DNA of 64,000 nucleotides. Source: Vicugna vicugna. Its lineage: Eukaryota. The position numbers were made by a program, and so were the translations under genes. The stretch lies in the NCBI GenBank assembly GCA_013265495.1, contig MU057487.1:496001-560000 (forward strand). The letters are read 5' to 3'. The notes below the pieces were generated by a model, which worked only from the letters and a program-made list of their open reading frames with translations, was not told where the DNA came from and did no database searches. Of the stretch, positions 40,541-53,457 are shown piece by piece. Within the stretch, counting starts at the first letter, position 1, and every line of letters begins with the position of its first letter.

Positions 40541-42429
40541 AAATAATAAATTTTGATGATTTCACAAATTCATTAGCTAAAACAGCCCCACAAATAGTAC
40601 ACTCTGGTTTCAGCACTTCACCATCCATTGGGGGTTAAAAATCAAATTCAATGTATAAACCAATACATGTTCAGATAAATTTCATTAGAGCACTTTTTGC
40701 CCTCATTTCTATAGAATCGTTTCCATCGTCCATATTCAAGTACTCTTGCCACATTCAGCATATTGTATTTTTTTGTAATAAAAAAAAGTCTGGTGAAGCT
40801 TGTGTGGCTACATATAATTGGAGTTAAAGTAAATAATGAAAATTTTATTTCTCTGAAATAGAAAGTAATCTTATATGATAAATCATAAAACAAGTTTGGT
40901 TAATTAAAATTTAATGTGATAAAAGCAAATTGATAAAAATAAGTATTTATGTATCCTCAGATATTTGTATAATTTGGGGTTATATTTGGCAAAGTAACCT
41001 CAAAAGGTCACACAGTGTAACTTGGTTCTACTGCATACGACATGCACATGGCTTGAGTCAAAGGCAGTTCACCGTATGAATTGGAAAACAACGTGTTTAA
41101 ACCTTATTCAGTGACGTGAGTCCACTGATCATGCTCTTAGATCTTCCGATAAGGTCTCACTGCTGTAGATTTTTCTGACTGCTTACTCTCAGTCTCTGTA
41201 CTGATCTCCTTATCGATTAGTAACAAATAGTTCATGAACTGGCACCAATCTTTAGACCACATTGTGAGCAGTACTTTTGTACAGAAGTCTTTCCCTGATG
41301 TCAATACAGCTCAGTACATTTGTTGAATTATAAGAAGACTCATAATAAATTTCTGTTAAGATCTAGTAAAACTTAATTTGTTCTACATATTGTGATAAGT
41401 GTTTTACATGGATTATCTAGTTTAATTCTCACACAGTTCTTAATAGGTTTTCATTTTATAGGCAGAGAAACAGAGCTTAGGAAGTTTAACTGATTCCTGT
41501 TTCATATTGTTTCTTTAGATTATTTGAATGAAAGACAAAATGGAATGCTTACCTTGGTAGTAAAATTTGAAGGAAGAAAAAAGACCAGCTTGTCCACAAG
41601 TAATTGCCTTTTGGCCCACCCTTCTTTTATACTGGTTTGAAACTGTCCTTGCTAATTATAAATGGTCCATATAAGGTTTAGGAAATGGCCTCCACATTTG
41701 CAAGGCTGTGTGCAATGCTTGTCAATAGACACCTTTGATCTACACTTCTGCTAGGAGAGGAGGATAGTCATAAGTCTCCACGTGGCAGATGATTCCAGGC
41801 TCAGGATGTCAGAGGTGGGTCGGGGAACAGGAGTGAGGAGCAGATGGGAAAATAGGATATCTGATCTGACCTTGACCTGCTTTACATGGAACTTCAGCTC
41901 CTTGAGAATTAATTCCCTTCATTCTTTCGCTTTTGCCTTTTGATGCCTTCCCTTTCCCTCCTCCACCTCCATCAATTTTCTACTGAAACACCACAGATTT
42001 AGCAGTAAGGCTTGTCTGAATGCTAATTCTGGCAGTGCAGTACAATAAAGGTGAAGCTATCCCCTCATCTTCTCTTCTGCTTTTCGGTAGGCTGAGTGAT
42101 CGCTAAGTGCTTGTCCTAGATAATTAAATAAAGAGACCCACATCTTGTGTCAGTTCTATATTCATGGCAGATTAGCAGTCACTAATATTATATTTAAATA
42201 TAAACTAATTGTGACCACCACCCCAATTCCTGGTTCAACACTGCCATTGTGCCTTCATAATACAGTGTAATTAGCCTGTGTGTGTGCATATTATATGCAC
42301 ATGTGTGTATATGTGTGTGTGCACACATCTACGTGTTTGTTTCTATAGTTTTTGCCTGAGAATTCTAGAACCAAAGACTCTTCACAAGTACCTACAGTCT
42401 AGGTACTTTTCAGAACTACCTTTCTAAAA

Positions 42430-42920
42430 CAAACCACCATAAAAAAGAAATTCAGAACCCTTAACCAGGATGTTAAGATTCTTCTAGATCTCACCCCTGC
42501 TTAGTCTATCTTTCCTTACGTTGCATGCTGTAGGTAAACTGAATGCTTTGCTGTTGTTTGAAAGCTTTGTCGCCTCTTTAGCTGGTCCCTAGCTGGTCCC
42601 TCTCCCATCTTCCTCTTCACCTGTGGCAACTTCAACTCATCCTTTAAGTCTCATCCTAGATGTTAGCTCCTCTCGGGCAAAAATCCTCCTTGGCACGGCC
42701 CCCTTCCCCTTCTCTGTGCTTCTGTGGCCTGTCTTCCTTTCCTTTCACTGATTGCAGCTCTGTGGCTTTTCAGTGGTGTATTCGGTGGCCAGACTACCCT
42801 GCCCTGTAATTGCCTTGACAGCAGGGGCCTTGCCTCTACTTTTTAGCATTGAATCAACAGCAATAAGCAAAATGCCTAACTCATACAGGATTCTTAGTGA
42901 ATAAGTATTGAATGAATAAA
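42430..42920 (+). mobile_element. LINE-2 3' fragment
   Basis: actcatcctttaagtctca ... ttgacagcagggg ... tattgaatgaataaa. Confidence 0.65.
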
Positions 42921-43836
42921 GCCAGTCTCAATTACTATTGAAAAAGCTGCCATTTACTCTATAAAATAAATTCCAATAGTTGACACCACTTGGCTTAAAT
43001 TACATTACCTTACATTTCTTCAACCTTTGTAAATGCAGTTAACATTGTACTTTATAGAATGTTATGCTTGTTTAGATGTGTTTTTGAAAATATTGTTTTT
43101 ATTATGCTTTTCTTCTTTCCCTGGTTTTGTGGTAATCTTTGGATTATTTGTAAAGAATTACAGTTTTATTATCGGGTAAACACAATCACTTGAATTCATT
43201 ACACAAGTAAAATTGCTTTACTCTCTAGACTGTAATTATTTTAATTGAATGAAAATAGGATTTTTCTAAAATGTACAATTTTTAAATGAATATTATTTCC
43301 TGTCTTTTTTTTTCTATCAGTTGACTTATTAAATTATTTTAACTGCTATAATGCAAAAGAAACACTCCTGCGGCTCCTGTTAAGTTTTAACTGGTAGAAT
43401 TAGAGGCAGTATTCTCCTGTTGCTAATATCAGAATTTATTGAGTAGAAGAAATCTTATTATTTAAGTTTGGATTGTGAAATTTCACAGGACTAGAACAAT
43501 GCTTTTATGGGACGAGAACAACCTTGTGAAAAAAACTGCTGTATAAAAATGTTGAGGGGAGATAGGAAATAAGAAGTCTTGTATATTTGTGAGGAATACT
43601 TAAGACGTGTAGCTCCCTGTTCATCCACGTTGTGCAGTTTCATTTCCAGACCCTAGATAGAAAATGAACTCAAAATTGAGAAGCAGATGGAGCAGCAGAA
43701 GCTGCTAGAGGCTGTGAATATGCCTCATAAGAGTTCAGCACTGCCTGAGGCTGGTCAGCGCCCAGCACAGCAGGATTCACTCCAGACACTGGGGTGAGCA
43801 GACGTCTGCAGGGTCACCTCTGGTCAAGCACAATCT

Positions 43837-43881
43837 ACACCACCACCACCACCACTACCACAACCACCACCACCACCACCA
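43837..43881. repeat. Imperfect (CAC)n microsatellite
   Basis: Seen directly in the sequence. Confidence 0.93.
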
Positions 43882-45099
43882 TCGACAACAAAAGAGAAAA
43901 CCTATACCACTATCAGAAGAGCTGCTGGCTTTGTTTTTAAGTGTGCTTCACAAGAAATTCACCAAAAACAATATTCCAGTAAAAAAAACCCAATACCACA
44001 ACAGCGAAAATATTTTTAAAATTTCTGTAACTGCATTTGACAAGTGGTACATAGATGAAATGATTAAAATCTATACAAACCATGAATTGCTTTATGGGTA
44101 TTTTTCCATGACTTTTTATTGTTACCATTCTCTTACGCCTCACCTGTGATAAGATTTAAAATCTCATACAAAACTTTAGCAATTAAAACTTCAAAAGATA
44201 TTCACCAAGTAATCCTAGTTGAATATTTTCTCTATCACATCTTGGTTCTCCTTGGATATTTATGACCTCTTGGGTTTAACACCAACTCTAATTTATAGAA
44301 GGGAGTTGCCTAGACAGAGCGGGGACGGGCCTTGACCAATGACAAAGGGGATTTATGGCTCCACCCCACTTAACCAAAGACTTCAAATTGTCTATATTCA
44401 CGAACAAAACTTTACTCCTATGATGTGCTCCTCGGTGTTGGTGTGCAAAAGAGCAGGTGGTCACACTTTTGCTGCTTCTAGCACTGACCTATGATCCTTG
44501 CTTTTATAAATTGAGAATGATTTTTTTAAATGAATGCAAATAAACATTATAAAAGTTTCATTTCATACACTTTTAAAAATCGTAGTTTTCTTGTTCAGAC
44601 TGTATGTGCACACTGAAGTTTCACATAATATTAAACCTTGGGGAGAAACACACTTTAAGCCTCAACTTTTGTCAGAAAGTAATTATTTCCTTCACGTTAT
44701 AAGTCATTTTGATTTTAAATATATACTCATAGGCAGAATGTCTTGAAAGCTTAACTGGCTTTATTTTACCTTCTTTTTCAGCATTAGATGAACTGTAGCT
44801 TACATCTTCAAACTGCATGTAGATGTAGTTATGACATTAATGTGAATATATCTAAATAAACTAGTTCAAACTTTTCTAAGTAGACTGAGGATATATAAAG
44901 ATAAATGAGTGGACTTTTTTTTCTTTTAATCAATTTGATTGGCCATCATATTTGGTGATGGTGAGTAGAGAAGGACTTTCCTTGCAAAATACTCAGGCCA
45001 TTTGTCACCAGGGGCCAGATCTGAATGACTTCATTAAGTAGTAGCCTTACAACACTTGAGGACTTCCTACAATTAGGCTAACAGTTCCTAGGGTGAGAC

Positions 45100-45550
45100 A
45101 TATGCCCTCACCCCCATCTTCTGCTACACTTCTCTCTATACTCCAGCAAACTGACTCTCTGAATTCCTTGAAAGAGGCTTGGTCTTGTCTGTATGTTAGA
45201 TAATCTATCAGGAACTTTCTTCACCAATCCCTACTCATCCTTTGGGTCTCAGTTCAGACATCACTTTCTCGGGAAAGCCATCCCTAATCACGTCTCTCTT
45301 CACCCACACTCACATGCGTGCATATAGATCAGACTAAGTTAGACCCCCAAGCCCCTCCTTTGTCGCTTCTCCTTCTTTACCTCCATAGTGTTTGTAATTC
45401 TTGCTTAATGTCCCACAAGTCTGTAACACTAGGGGGAGGAGAATAACATGTCTCATTCTCACTTGGGTCCTGAGCATAGCACTGCACCTGGCACATAGAG
45501 GGTGCTAGGTAAATGCTGAAGGAAAGACGGAAGGAAGGAAGGGAAGAAAT
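45100..45550 (+). mobile_element. LINE-2 3' fragment
   Basis: cctactcatcctttgggtctcagttcagacatcac ... cctggcacatagagggtgct ... aaatgctgaagg. Confidence 0.7.
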
Positions 45551-45983
45551 AGAGAAAAGAAAGATCCATGCAAAACATTAAAATCTGTGTTCTAGTGGAT
45601 TTGGAAGAAGTATATAGACATTCCCTTATCTGGCTGGTTAGACGGTACTGTACCTGTACCTCCAAATTCCATTTGTTCTGAATCATGTCAACTATAGGTT
45701 CTGCAATCCTTGATCTGGTGAAAATGCAGCTCCGGTGTGGTTCACTGGGAAGATTCTTGAATGAAATTATAGCAATTAGCTTATCTAAGTGGAGGACACA
45801 TTTATCTCAGTTGCTATCAGGTGACAAAGAGAGGAGTGAGCTATTGTCAGTCATACGGATTTGGCCCAGCTCCCTGCTCTGTGAGAAGCAAGCGGTGAAA
45901 CACTTTCTCTGGCAGAGACTGAATGGTTGTGCTCCAGAAACTGCAGGACACTACTCTGTGGGTAGAGGAAGAAATCCACCACT

Positions 45984-46483
45984 TGACGAAGACACTTTAA
46001 TGTTCTCCTAAGCTTGACTAAACTTTAGACAAATTTCTTCCTGACCTTATGTCCCTTGAATTCCCTTAGAGCACTTACTTTCAAAAGCTTGCTAATGTCA
46101 GTTCTTTCTCTGACCCTTTGTAATGTAAATTTTCTCTCAGCCTCTCGCTAGTTTTACAACAGAGAAAACTCCTTGTCCAGGGACCTGGGTGCCATCCCTT
46201 GAAATGTAATCATTAAGAGTGATAGCAGACCCCTATCTCCCAGTTTTTATGGGACATGGGAACCTAATTTAGATAAGTGACAATTATCAAACACAGATGG
46301 ATTAGTCACATTGCCAAGCTCCCCTCAGTGTCCTCCAGGACATTCTCACTGGCTCATCCTCGCACTTAAAACTCTCCCACCCTTTGCTTCAGCAGAATTG
46401 AGGTCAGTATCTCTGCCCTGTTGGAAAAGTCTTGTATAAAGTCTTCTTTGCCTGTTTAACGCTGGTGCAGTTTTTCTTTGACA
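45984..46483 (+). mobile_element. ERV1-class solo LTR (MER31/MER67-like), 500 bp
   Basis: TG...CA ends (tgacgaag ... ctttgaca), 4-bp TSD cact/ccct, ttgactaaactttagac, gacctgggtgccatcccttgaaatgtaatcat, and a poly(A)-signal position reading tataaagtc. Confidence 0.8.
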
Positions 46484-46954
46484 CCCTCTTGGGAAGGGAT
46501 CACAGCCAATTACATGAGATCTGACCTGGCTCATGTGTGCCATTGAATTAAACTGGAGACACATCACTCATGGTAGATGTGAATGTTCTAGAGGTGAACT
46601 TTAAAAATTTGAACCGATGAATGAAATGTCAGTGAATTTCCATTTAGTGAGCAGGAGGATTATTTTTATTTTTATTTTTGTGAGTGAGACTGTTTTAAAA
46701 TGCTGTTATTTTAAAATAGCACTTTTTTTTTTTTGAGAGCATCTGGTCACTTCTAAGAGTTGCAGATTTGAACAATGTCCAGGAGCAAAAATCTGTGGTT
46801 GTCTTCTTTCTGAGCTAAATCAATTTTCTACACCATAGAATGCAGCTTGTATAATGGTTTTGATTGCCACCTTGAAAACTTGCCTAGCTCTTACTGAGAA
46901 GCCCTGAGTGCCTGGGTTTTATTTTCATCCAATTTGGAGAGCAGCTGATGGGCT

Positions 46955-47150
46955 CTGTGGTCTCGTAAAGAGCACTGGGCTTAGGAGCCAGACTGCTTGG
47001 ATCCATATCTGGGATCCACCAGAACTTCAACTAGTTGCTGAACATCTGACTCAGTAAAAGTGAGTAGTGTGGAATCTGATGACTTGTCAATGCTCAATAA
47101 ATGTTGGTTCTTGTAATTGTTACTATTCATCATATTCATCATTACTTTCA
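46955..47150 (+). mobile_element. MIR SINE
   Basis: aagagcactgggcttaggagccagactgc ... tgctcaataaatgttgg. Confidence 0.75.
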
Positions 47151-47259
47151 CTACTGCGAAAAACAAACTCACCACAAAAATTTAAAAAATCATTTACAGA
47201 TAGCAGTGCTGTCTTGAAATAGACTTTCAGTCTTGCTGAATTGCTTCATTTATGCATAA

Positions 47260-47622
<363 letters not shown>

Positions 47623-49282
47623 TGAGCATAGAAGATGCCAAGGCTGGAGATATCAAAACTAAATTGCCAACTTCACTTATAAAATAGCTAGAATGAGGAG
47701 GGAGTGTGTATTGCCTCATGTTTCTTTATTCTGGAATGACTGCTTTGGTCTCTGGTGGAACAAGCTAGAAGAACCGATAATATAGGCAAAGGAAAAACAA
47801 ACTGAGAATTCAGGTATCTAGTATTCAGGCTAGAGGGAAGAGATTTTATTGCAGGTATCCTTAGCAGATGTTAGCCACAGACATAAGTATGCAGCACTGG
47901 TTTGATCCTGTCTTCTTTATGACTTGCTTTGATATGAAAGTCAGCAGAAGATGAGATAATGTCACCTGGGGACACACTGCCAACATGGGTGTATGTGGGC
48001 ACAGGTGACAAGAAACTCTATCCTTTCGTCTGTAAACAGGAATGCACAGGGTTTGATGAACTCCACAGGATGTCCCCCCCACTCCCCCTGCCACCAGGAA
48101 CTACCAGTTAAGACTTCTTAATGCGGTGACATTATGAGTATTGTCATTCCTGCATAGACACTGCTGTACCCTGCTGTTTTTTTTTTTTTTCCCCTAGTAT
48201 TGTCTATTGTGACAAAGGTAGATTCCTTTTGGTCTGTTTTTGTGCCATTCAAAGTACATGCTGGGTTGATAACATAGCATGGTGGGTAGGCATTAAAGTC
48301 TCTATCCATGACCAAATTTGTATTGTAGCACAGTGATATGACACATATTTCCTACAGGCTGGGAAGATTTTATTAAGAAATGTCTAGAACCCATTCATTC
48401 ATACAACACATATATAAAACACTATATACAACCCCCAAAAGGGACAGAAAGGTGTATAATCCATGACTGTCAAACTAGAGAAATGTGTGGTCTCTATGGC
48501 AGATCAAAACAGATAATACACATGATATAGATAAATAACAACCAAAGACAATGAGTTTTTATAAGACAGCATAAGAATATGGCTAATTATAAAAATAATT
48601 TCTAGTTTTAATAACATTCACATTTTGGTGTTAGAAAATTATTTTAAATACCTGTATATTTAACAGCAGTGATATATGTCTGACTCATTAAGGTTCAGCA
48701 GAGTTCACTAAGAATTTTCTTGGTGTGAATCTGTTTTCAATCAATCAAGGTTTTTAAGATGTCCTTGGTATGGCTTCTTGGGAGGCTGAGAGCTAGGAGA
48801 AGGGGAAAGAGATGCTGAATAGTTAACCAACTCTGTCACATACATATCTCTACTGATTTCTCTCAAATAATAGACTAAGAGAAGTTAAGAATTCTAGAGG
48901 ACCAATAAATTACCTAGTGCATTATTCTTACTTGAAAAGTAACGATATTGAGGATGAAGGGGCTTCATATAGTTAATGGAATTAGAACATACATGCCTTA
49001 CCTCACAATACTTGACTACTTTAGGACTTAGAATTTTGTAATAGATTGTCTTTTATTGTTCTCTGTTTTCTGATGCATGTTGTTTCTTAAACTGTAAGAT
49101 CTTTGAAGATAGAGAGCTCTTGCAACCAACACAGAACCCTGTACAACGTAGATCTCTGGAATCTCAGTCATTTTTTAGCAATGGATTGATCGGTTAATTT
49201 ATATTCTTTTACTGTATGTAGTCAATGCGTTTTCCTTTACTTGAAAGTAAAGGACTATTATTTTTTAAATGAAATATATTTA

Positions 49283-50215
49283 ATTTATTCAACATTCTAC
49301 AAAACTTATTGAGCACCTACTATATGCAAGGCTTTAATCTAGGAGATGGAAATACAGCAGAAAACTAAAAAGAAAAGAACTGTTATCAATAGCCTTACAT
49401 TTCAGTGCAGGGAAATAATAAACAAATATAAATTAAGCAAAATATATTCTCATTTAACTAATCATAAGAGCACTGAAGAAGGTAAAGTAAAGAATGGGGG
49501 TAGGGTAGGGAATGATGGAATGGAGGCACTGCAGTTTTAAGGAGAATGGCCAGAGAAAGCTTCACTGAGAAGGTGACATTTGATTAAAGATGTGAGAGTG
49601 AGCCATGCAAACACTGGGGAAGGGCATTCCAAGTAGAAGGAATAGCAAATAAAAAGAGGCACTCTCATGCCTGACTCAAGAGGAGAACAGTAAGGAGCTC
49701 AGGCTGGATGGAGCTAGTGAGTAAACAGAATAGTAGGAGATAAGTCAGAGAGGCACACAGAGGAAAAGGTCATGCAGGACTTGACTGTCCTTTGTAAGAA
49801 CTTTGGTTTTGTTCTGAGTGAGATGGGAAGCCATGGGGAAATTTGAGCACAGCAGAGACAGAATCAACCTTACCTTTTCTGAATAGAATTACTTTTGCTG
49901 CAGTTTTAAAGTTTTGACAGAAAGGAGAAAGGCAGAGGGAAGCAGAGAAACGAGGAGATCCTTGTAATAATGCAGGTGAGAGTGTGGTGGATTGGGCCAT
50001 GGTTGTGGCAAGCAAGATGGAGAGAAGTGATTGACTTCTGAGTATATTTTGAAGAAAAGCTGACAGGATTGTGAAGAATGACTCTGGTCTGAGCAACTGA
50101 AAAGATGGTGTCACTACTGATTGAGACGGAGAAGATTCCAGGAAAAGCAGGTTGGGGAAGAATCAGGAGCTGGATTTCAGATGAGTTAAGTTTGAGATAC
50201 CTATTAGGGATACAA
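49283..50215 (-). mobile_element. LINE-2 fragment (about 0.9 kb)
   Basis: cttattgagcacctactatatgcaagg ... ttcactgagaaggtgacatttga ... tctgagtgagatgggaagcca ... gttaagtttgagat. Confidence 0.88.
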
Positions 50216-51429
50216 CTATATATGTCATTTTGTCATTGTGTTTCATTAGGAAAATTCAGAATACTACTTATTAAAAATGCTTAGATGTCTTTATACAGGA
50301 ATTTGCAGGAAAATATCTGGAGACCTGAGGTTTTGGAATAAAAGCTAGACCTCTGCAGCCATGTACAATAACACTTCGAGTTTTCATTTGTACATGCAAA
50401 TATCAAGGTTAAAGTCCGAACTTGGTGAGCATTCATAGCAGGAAATAAAAATTGGCCCTTTCAGTAATTATTCTTATATTATGCTTGACTCTCAAAGCTA
50501 CTTTTAAGAGCTTCTTATGTGATTACAAAATTTAATAAACATGTTTTTATTTGCATTTTATTTTGGAGTCAAGTTCAGCAAATATTTCCCTTTGTTCTTA
50601 GTTCTAAGGAAGGCAGAAGACTTATTTAACTTTTCTACTTGGAACTAATTCATAAAGGTTATTAATCTTTTCTGCTGCAAAAATCCTAGAATCATACCTT
50701 TAGCAGTGTTTATTTATGTTACCTTTGTGTGTATGCATTCATGTACACTTACTCTTCTGTTTTAATCTCTGTATGAAATTGACTTCAGTGTTATTGTGGA
50801 ACAACATAAACTTTCACTCCATGTATCATTCTTATCTACTTGATATTCTTGAGCATCAAATGAATTCCACAGTCTTCTAATGAATATGCAGACACACTTA
50901 TGAAAATTAATGTGAAGAAGTCGAAGTAACCTTTCCATACTATTGATAGCTGCTCTTCCTGTCACTTATTTTTACCTCTTCTAATTGGGTCATTTTGGTG
51001 TTCTGGAAAATTTTGATAATTGTAGTTAGTCTCCATAGAAACCTTTATTGAGCTTAATTTCAGATGTCACTATTTAAATAAAGAGTTTACATGCACTAGA
51101 TCATCGGTCTGAATATTAAGGGTCCTGATCCCAGGATGAATAATCTGGGAATCACTGTGGCTAATTAAAAAGTACTTCATGCAAAATCTACATCACTGCT
51201 TAATTAGTTGAGTATATCAAGGGATTGGAGATATGTTGGAAAAGCACGAACTGAAACATCAAAGTCTAACTTCTAAAAAATTAATCATTGTGAGGACAGT
51301 GGAAAAGTAGGAATAAAGCAAATCAACATCACTCTCCTTCGATAAATGTCTTAGTTGCTTGTAGCCTTTGCGTCATGTTGGCAGTGGTACAGTGCTTTAT
51401 CACTCCTGATGAGAACTGCTAAAATGATT

Positions 51430-51665
51430 CCATAGAAGCTGAGAGAGCATTTGGAAGCTCAGCCATTGGGTCCAGCACTGGTTCAGTGAGGCATCTGCCA
51501 CATGACTTGGAAGACTTCACTTAACCCATGAGTCTCAATTTCTACAACTGTAACATGGGAACAATTTCTGCTTTACACAGGTGTGAGAATTGAATGAAAT
51601 AATGCAAGTGAAATGCTTTGCAACCTGTAAATCCTTTGACAAATATAAAGTGTTATTATTAATGT
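51430..51665 (+). mobile_element. MIR SINE
   Basis: atgacttggaagacttcacttaacc ... tctcaatttctacaactgtaacatggg ... tgtgagaattgaatgaaataatgc. Confidence 0.75.
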
Positions 51666-51699
51666 CATGTCTTACCATAAAACAAACGATGTATGACAG

Positions 51700-52760
51700 G
51701 GGTCATTTCATTAAAAGTTATAGTTTTTGAAATTATAAATTTAATATAACTACATTCCAAATATGGAAACTGGAAAAAAATAAACACACAACCCTTAATC
51801 AATCATCCTTACACAGTGCCGATATAGGTATTTTCTTTTATTTATTACTTATTTTTTCTATGTAAGATTTTATACTTTTTTCTGTTGGCCAAAGCAGTAC
51901 ATACTACTATGCTTACCATATGCAAATTGAAAAAAATAGAAAAGCATAAGAAAGATGAAGAGGGTTAAGAATTTGCTTTTATATAATTACTGTTAATTAT
52001 TGTTAAATTTTTAATTTATTTCTACTAAATTCTCTCATTAAATTTTTAGTATATTTTTATCTTTTTACAGTCTTAAATTATGAAGTTAATATAATTCTAT
52101 ATATTGCTTATTAAAATGAATACTGCCTTTTCTTTTAAATTTATGAAATTCTCTTTGTCATTAAATTATTTCATTCTTAATGACTATATAACTTTCTAAC
52201 CATTTCATTTTCAATTCTTCATAAATTGAAAAAAAAAGCTTCAGTGTTGCAATACAAATTCCTCTTCCTAATTTTTTTTGCACTCATAGTTTTCTTAAGA
52301 TACATTTCCAGAAGTTGAATTACTCAATCAAAAGATATGAATATTTCTAAGGCTTTTGAAAATAAGGAGTTCCAAAAGACAACTCCCACCAGCACTGCAT
52401 GAAATTCTATGTACTTTTTCATGTTGTTTTGCATAATTATAATCATAGTGTACATATAATTCTGTATCTTTATTTCACTTAGGATTATACTTTACTTTTT
52501 TAATGTTGCTGCATGGCCTTTGTAACTACCATTTTAATAGCTCCATAATATTCTATTCAATGAATATACTATAATTACTTAGCCACTCTTATACTATTGA
52601 ACATTTAGTTGCTTCTAATTTTCCTTCTTATTAAAAAAAAACCCACTGAATATGGTACAGAGTTTTCATGGTTGTTATTGTTACCATTTTTGGATTGTTC
52701 CCTCACTGTAGATTACTAAATATATAATTATTGGTCTAAGAACATAGCAGTTTTGGGGTC
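51700..52760 (-). mobile_element. Ancient L1ME-like fragments
   Basis: ttccagaagttgaattactcaatcaaaagatatga; ttttaatagctccataatattc ... gaacatttagttgcttc. Confidence 0.6.
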
Positions 52761-53457
52761 CCTTGAAAACAAATATTACCATCCTCTATCGTCTTAAAAG
52801 ATGGCAGAATTAAGATTTGTTGTGGCTCTCAGTGTATTAACTGTATGGGTTTACTGGATTCACTATGTCCCCACCAACCTTTTTCATAATCTAGTGTATT
52901 TATAGCCATAATTTTACTTTTTCCCCTTATTCTTTGTACCAATTGGGAACAGATGGTCACAATGCTTTTTAAAGCTAGTATATCCTTATACTTGGTTATT
53001 ATCCAAGACATAATGAAAGAATTCTGATGGCATCTGTAATGCTTACCAACAGCTGAGGACCAGTAAGATAAGGACAGCAGGTCTGATCTGATGAGATTTC
53101 AAGACTTCCAATCATAGGGATACTCGTCCCAGCAGAGTGGAGACTACCAATCACAATTTTTAGATTGGTACTAATTTTTATAATATATTTGCCTCATCAG
53201 GTCATCAGGTTATAAACTTTATGGACTTTCTGTTTTGAATTAAGTTATTATGGAAGGCTGTATACAATTGGCCCATTGCAGTTTGGTCCAGATTAAGATG
53301 ATCTATAGACTGAAATAGGTTCCAATGTACTTCAGCCCATTAGGTCTCAGGGCAATAACTTCTCTTTGCCTTTGTAAGTTTGGCCTAAACAACAATATTC
53401 ACTCCTGAAGAATATCATTGTCCTTTAAACAAGAAGTCAGTAGTCTTAAGTGGAGTT

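Larger units (their letters stand above)
37640..40700 (-). pseudogene. Decayed hAT (Buster/Charlie) transposase, SCAND3/ZBED9-like
   Basis: Collinear minus-strand motifs: BED finger DGEVLKPECTICGAVLANE (about 40570-40625), SL*LDECAD (LDEC at 39337-39348), LLVYV (39297-39311), VCSDAA (about 39120-39137), KSMQCFPH*ESL (about 39025-39060), LVFLQDKK (about 38680), FENTASL (37856-37876), FPSVDFCEAGYS, QPRLD, HLSY-stop (37640). Many stops and frameshifts. Confidence 0.88.
37223..41276 (-). mobile_element. Near-full-length fossil autonomous hAT-Charlie DNA transposon (probably Charlie10-like)
   Basis: Left TIR cagtgcttcttaaact follows ttctagaa (37215-37222). Degenerate right TIR attgtgagcagtactt ends at 41276. 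Decayed transposase on the minus strand between them. Confidence 0.85.

Noticed and set aside
40287..40628. 113-aa ORF with a CxxC motif as a novel zinc-finger protein
   Set aside because: It is a chimera of a truncated Charlie BED finger (the His half is cut off by the insertion) and MER44/Tigger terminal sequence.
37640..40700. Functional or processed copy of SCAND3/ZBED9
   Set aside because: Multiple stops and frameshifts, three insertions, TIR-like ends, and no SCAN or integrase portion or poly(A) tail seen.
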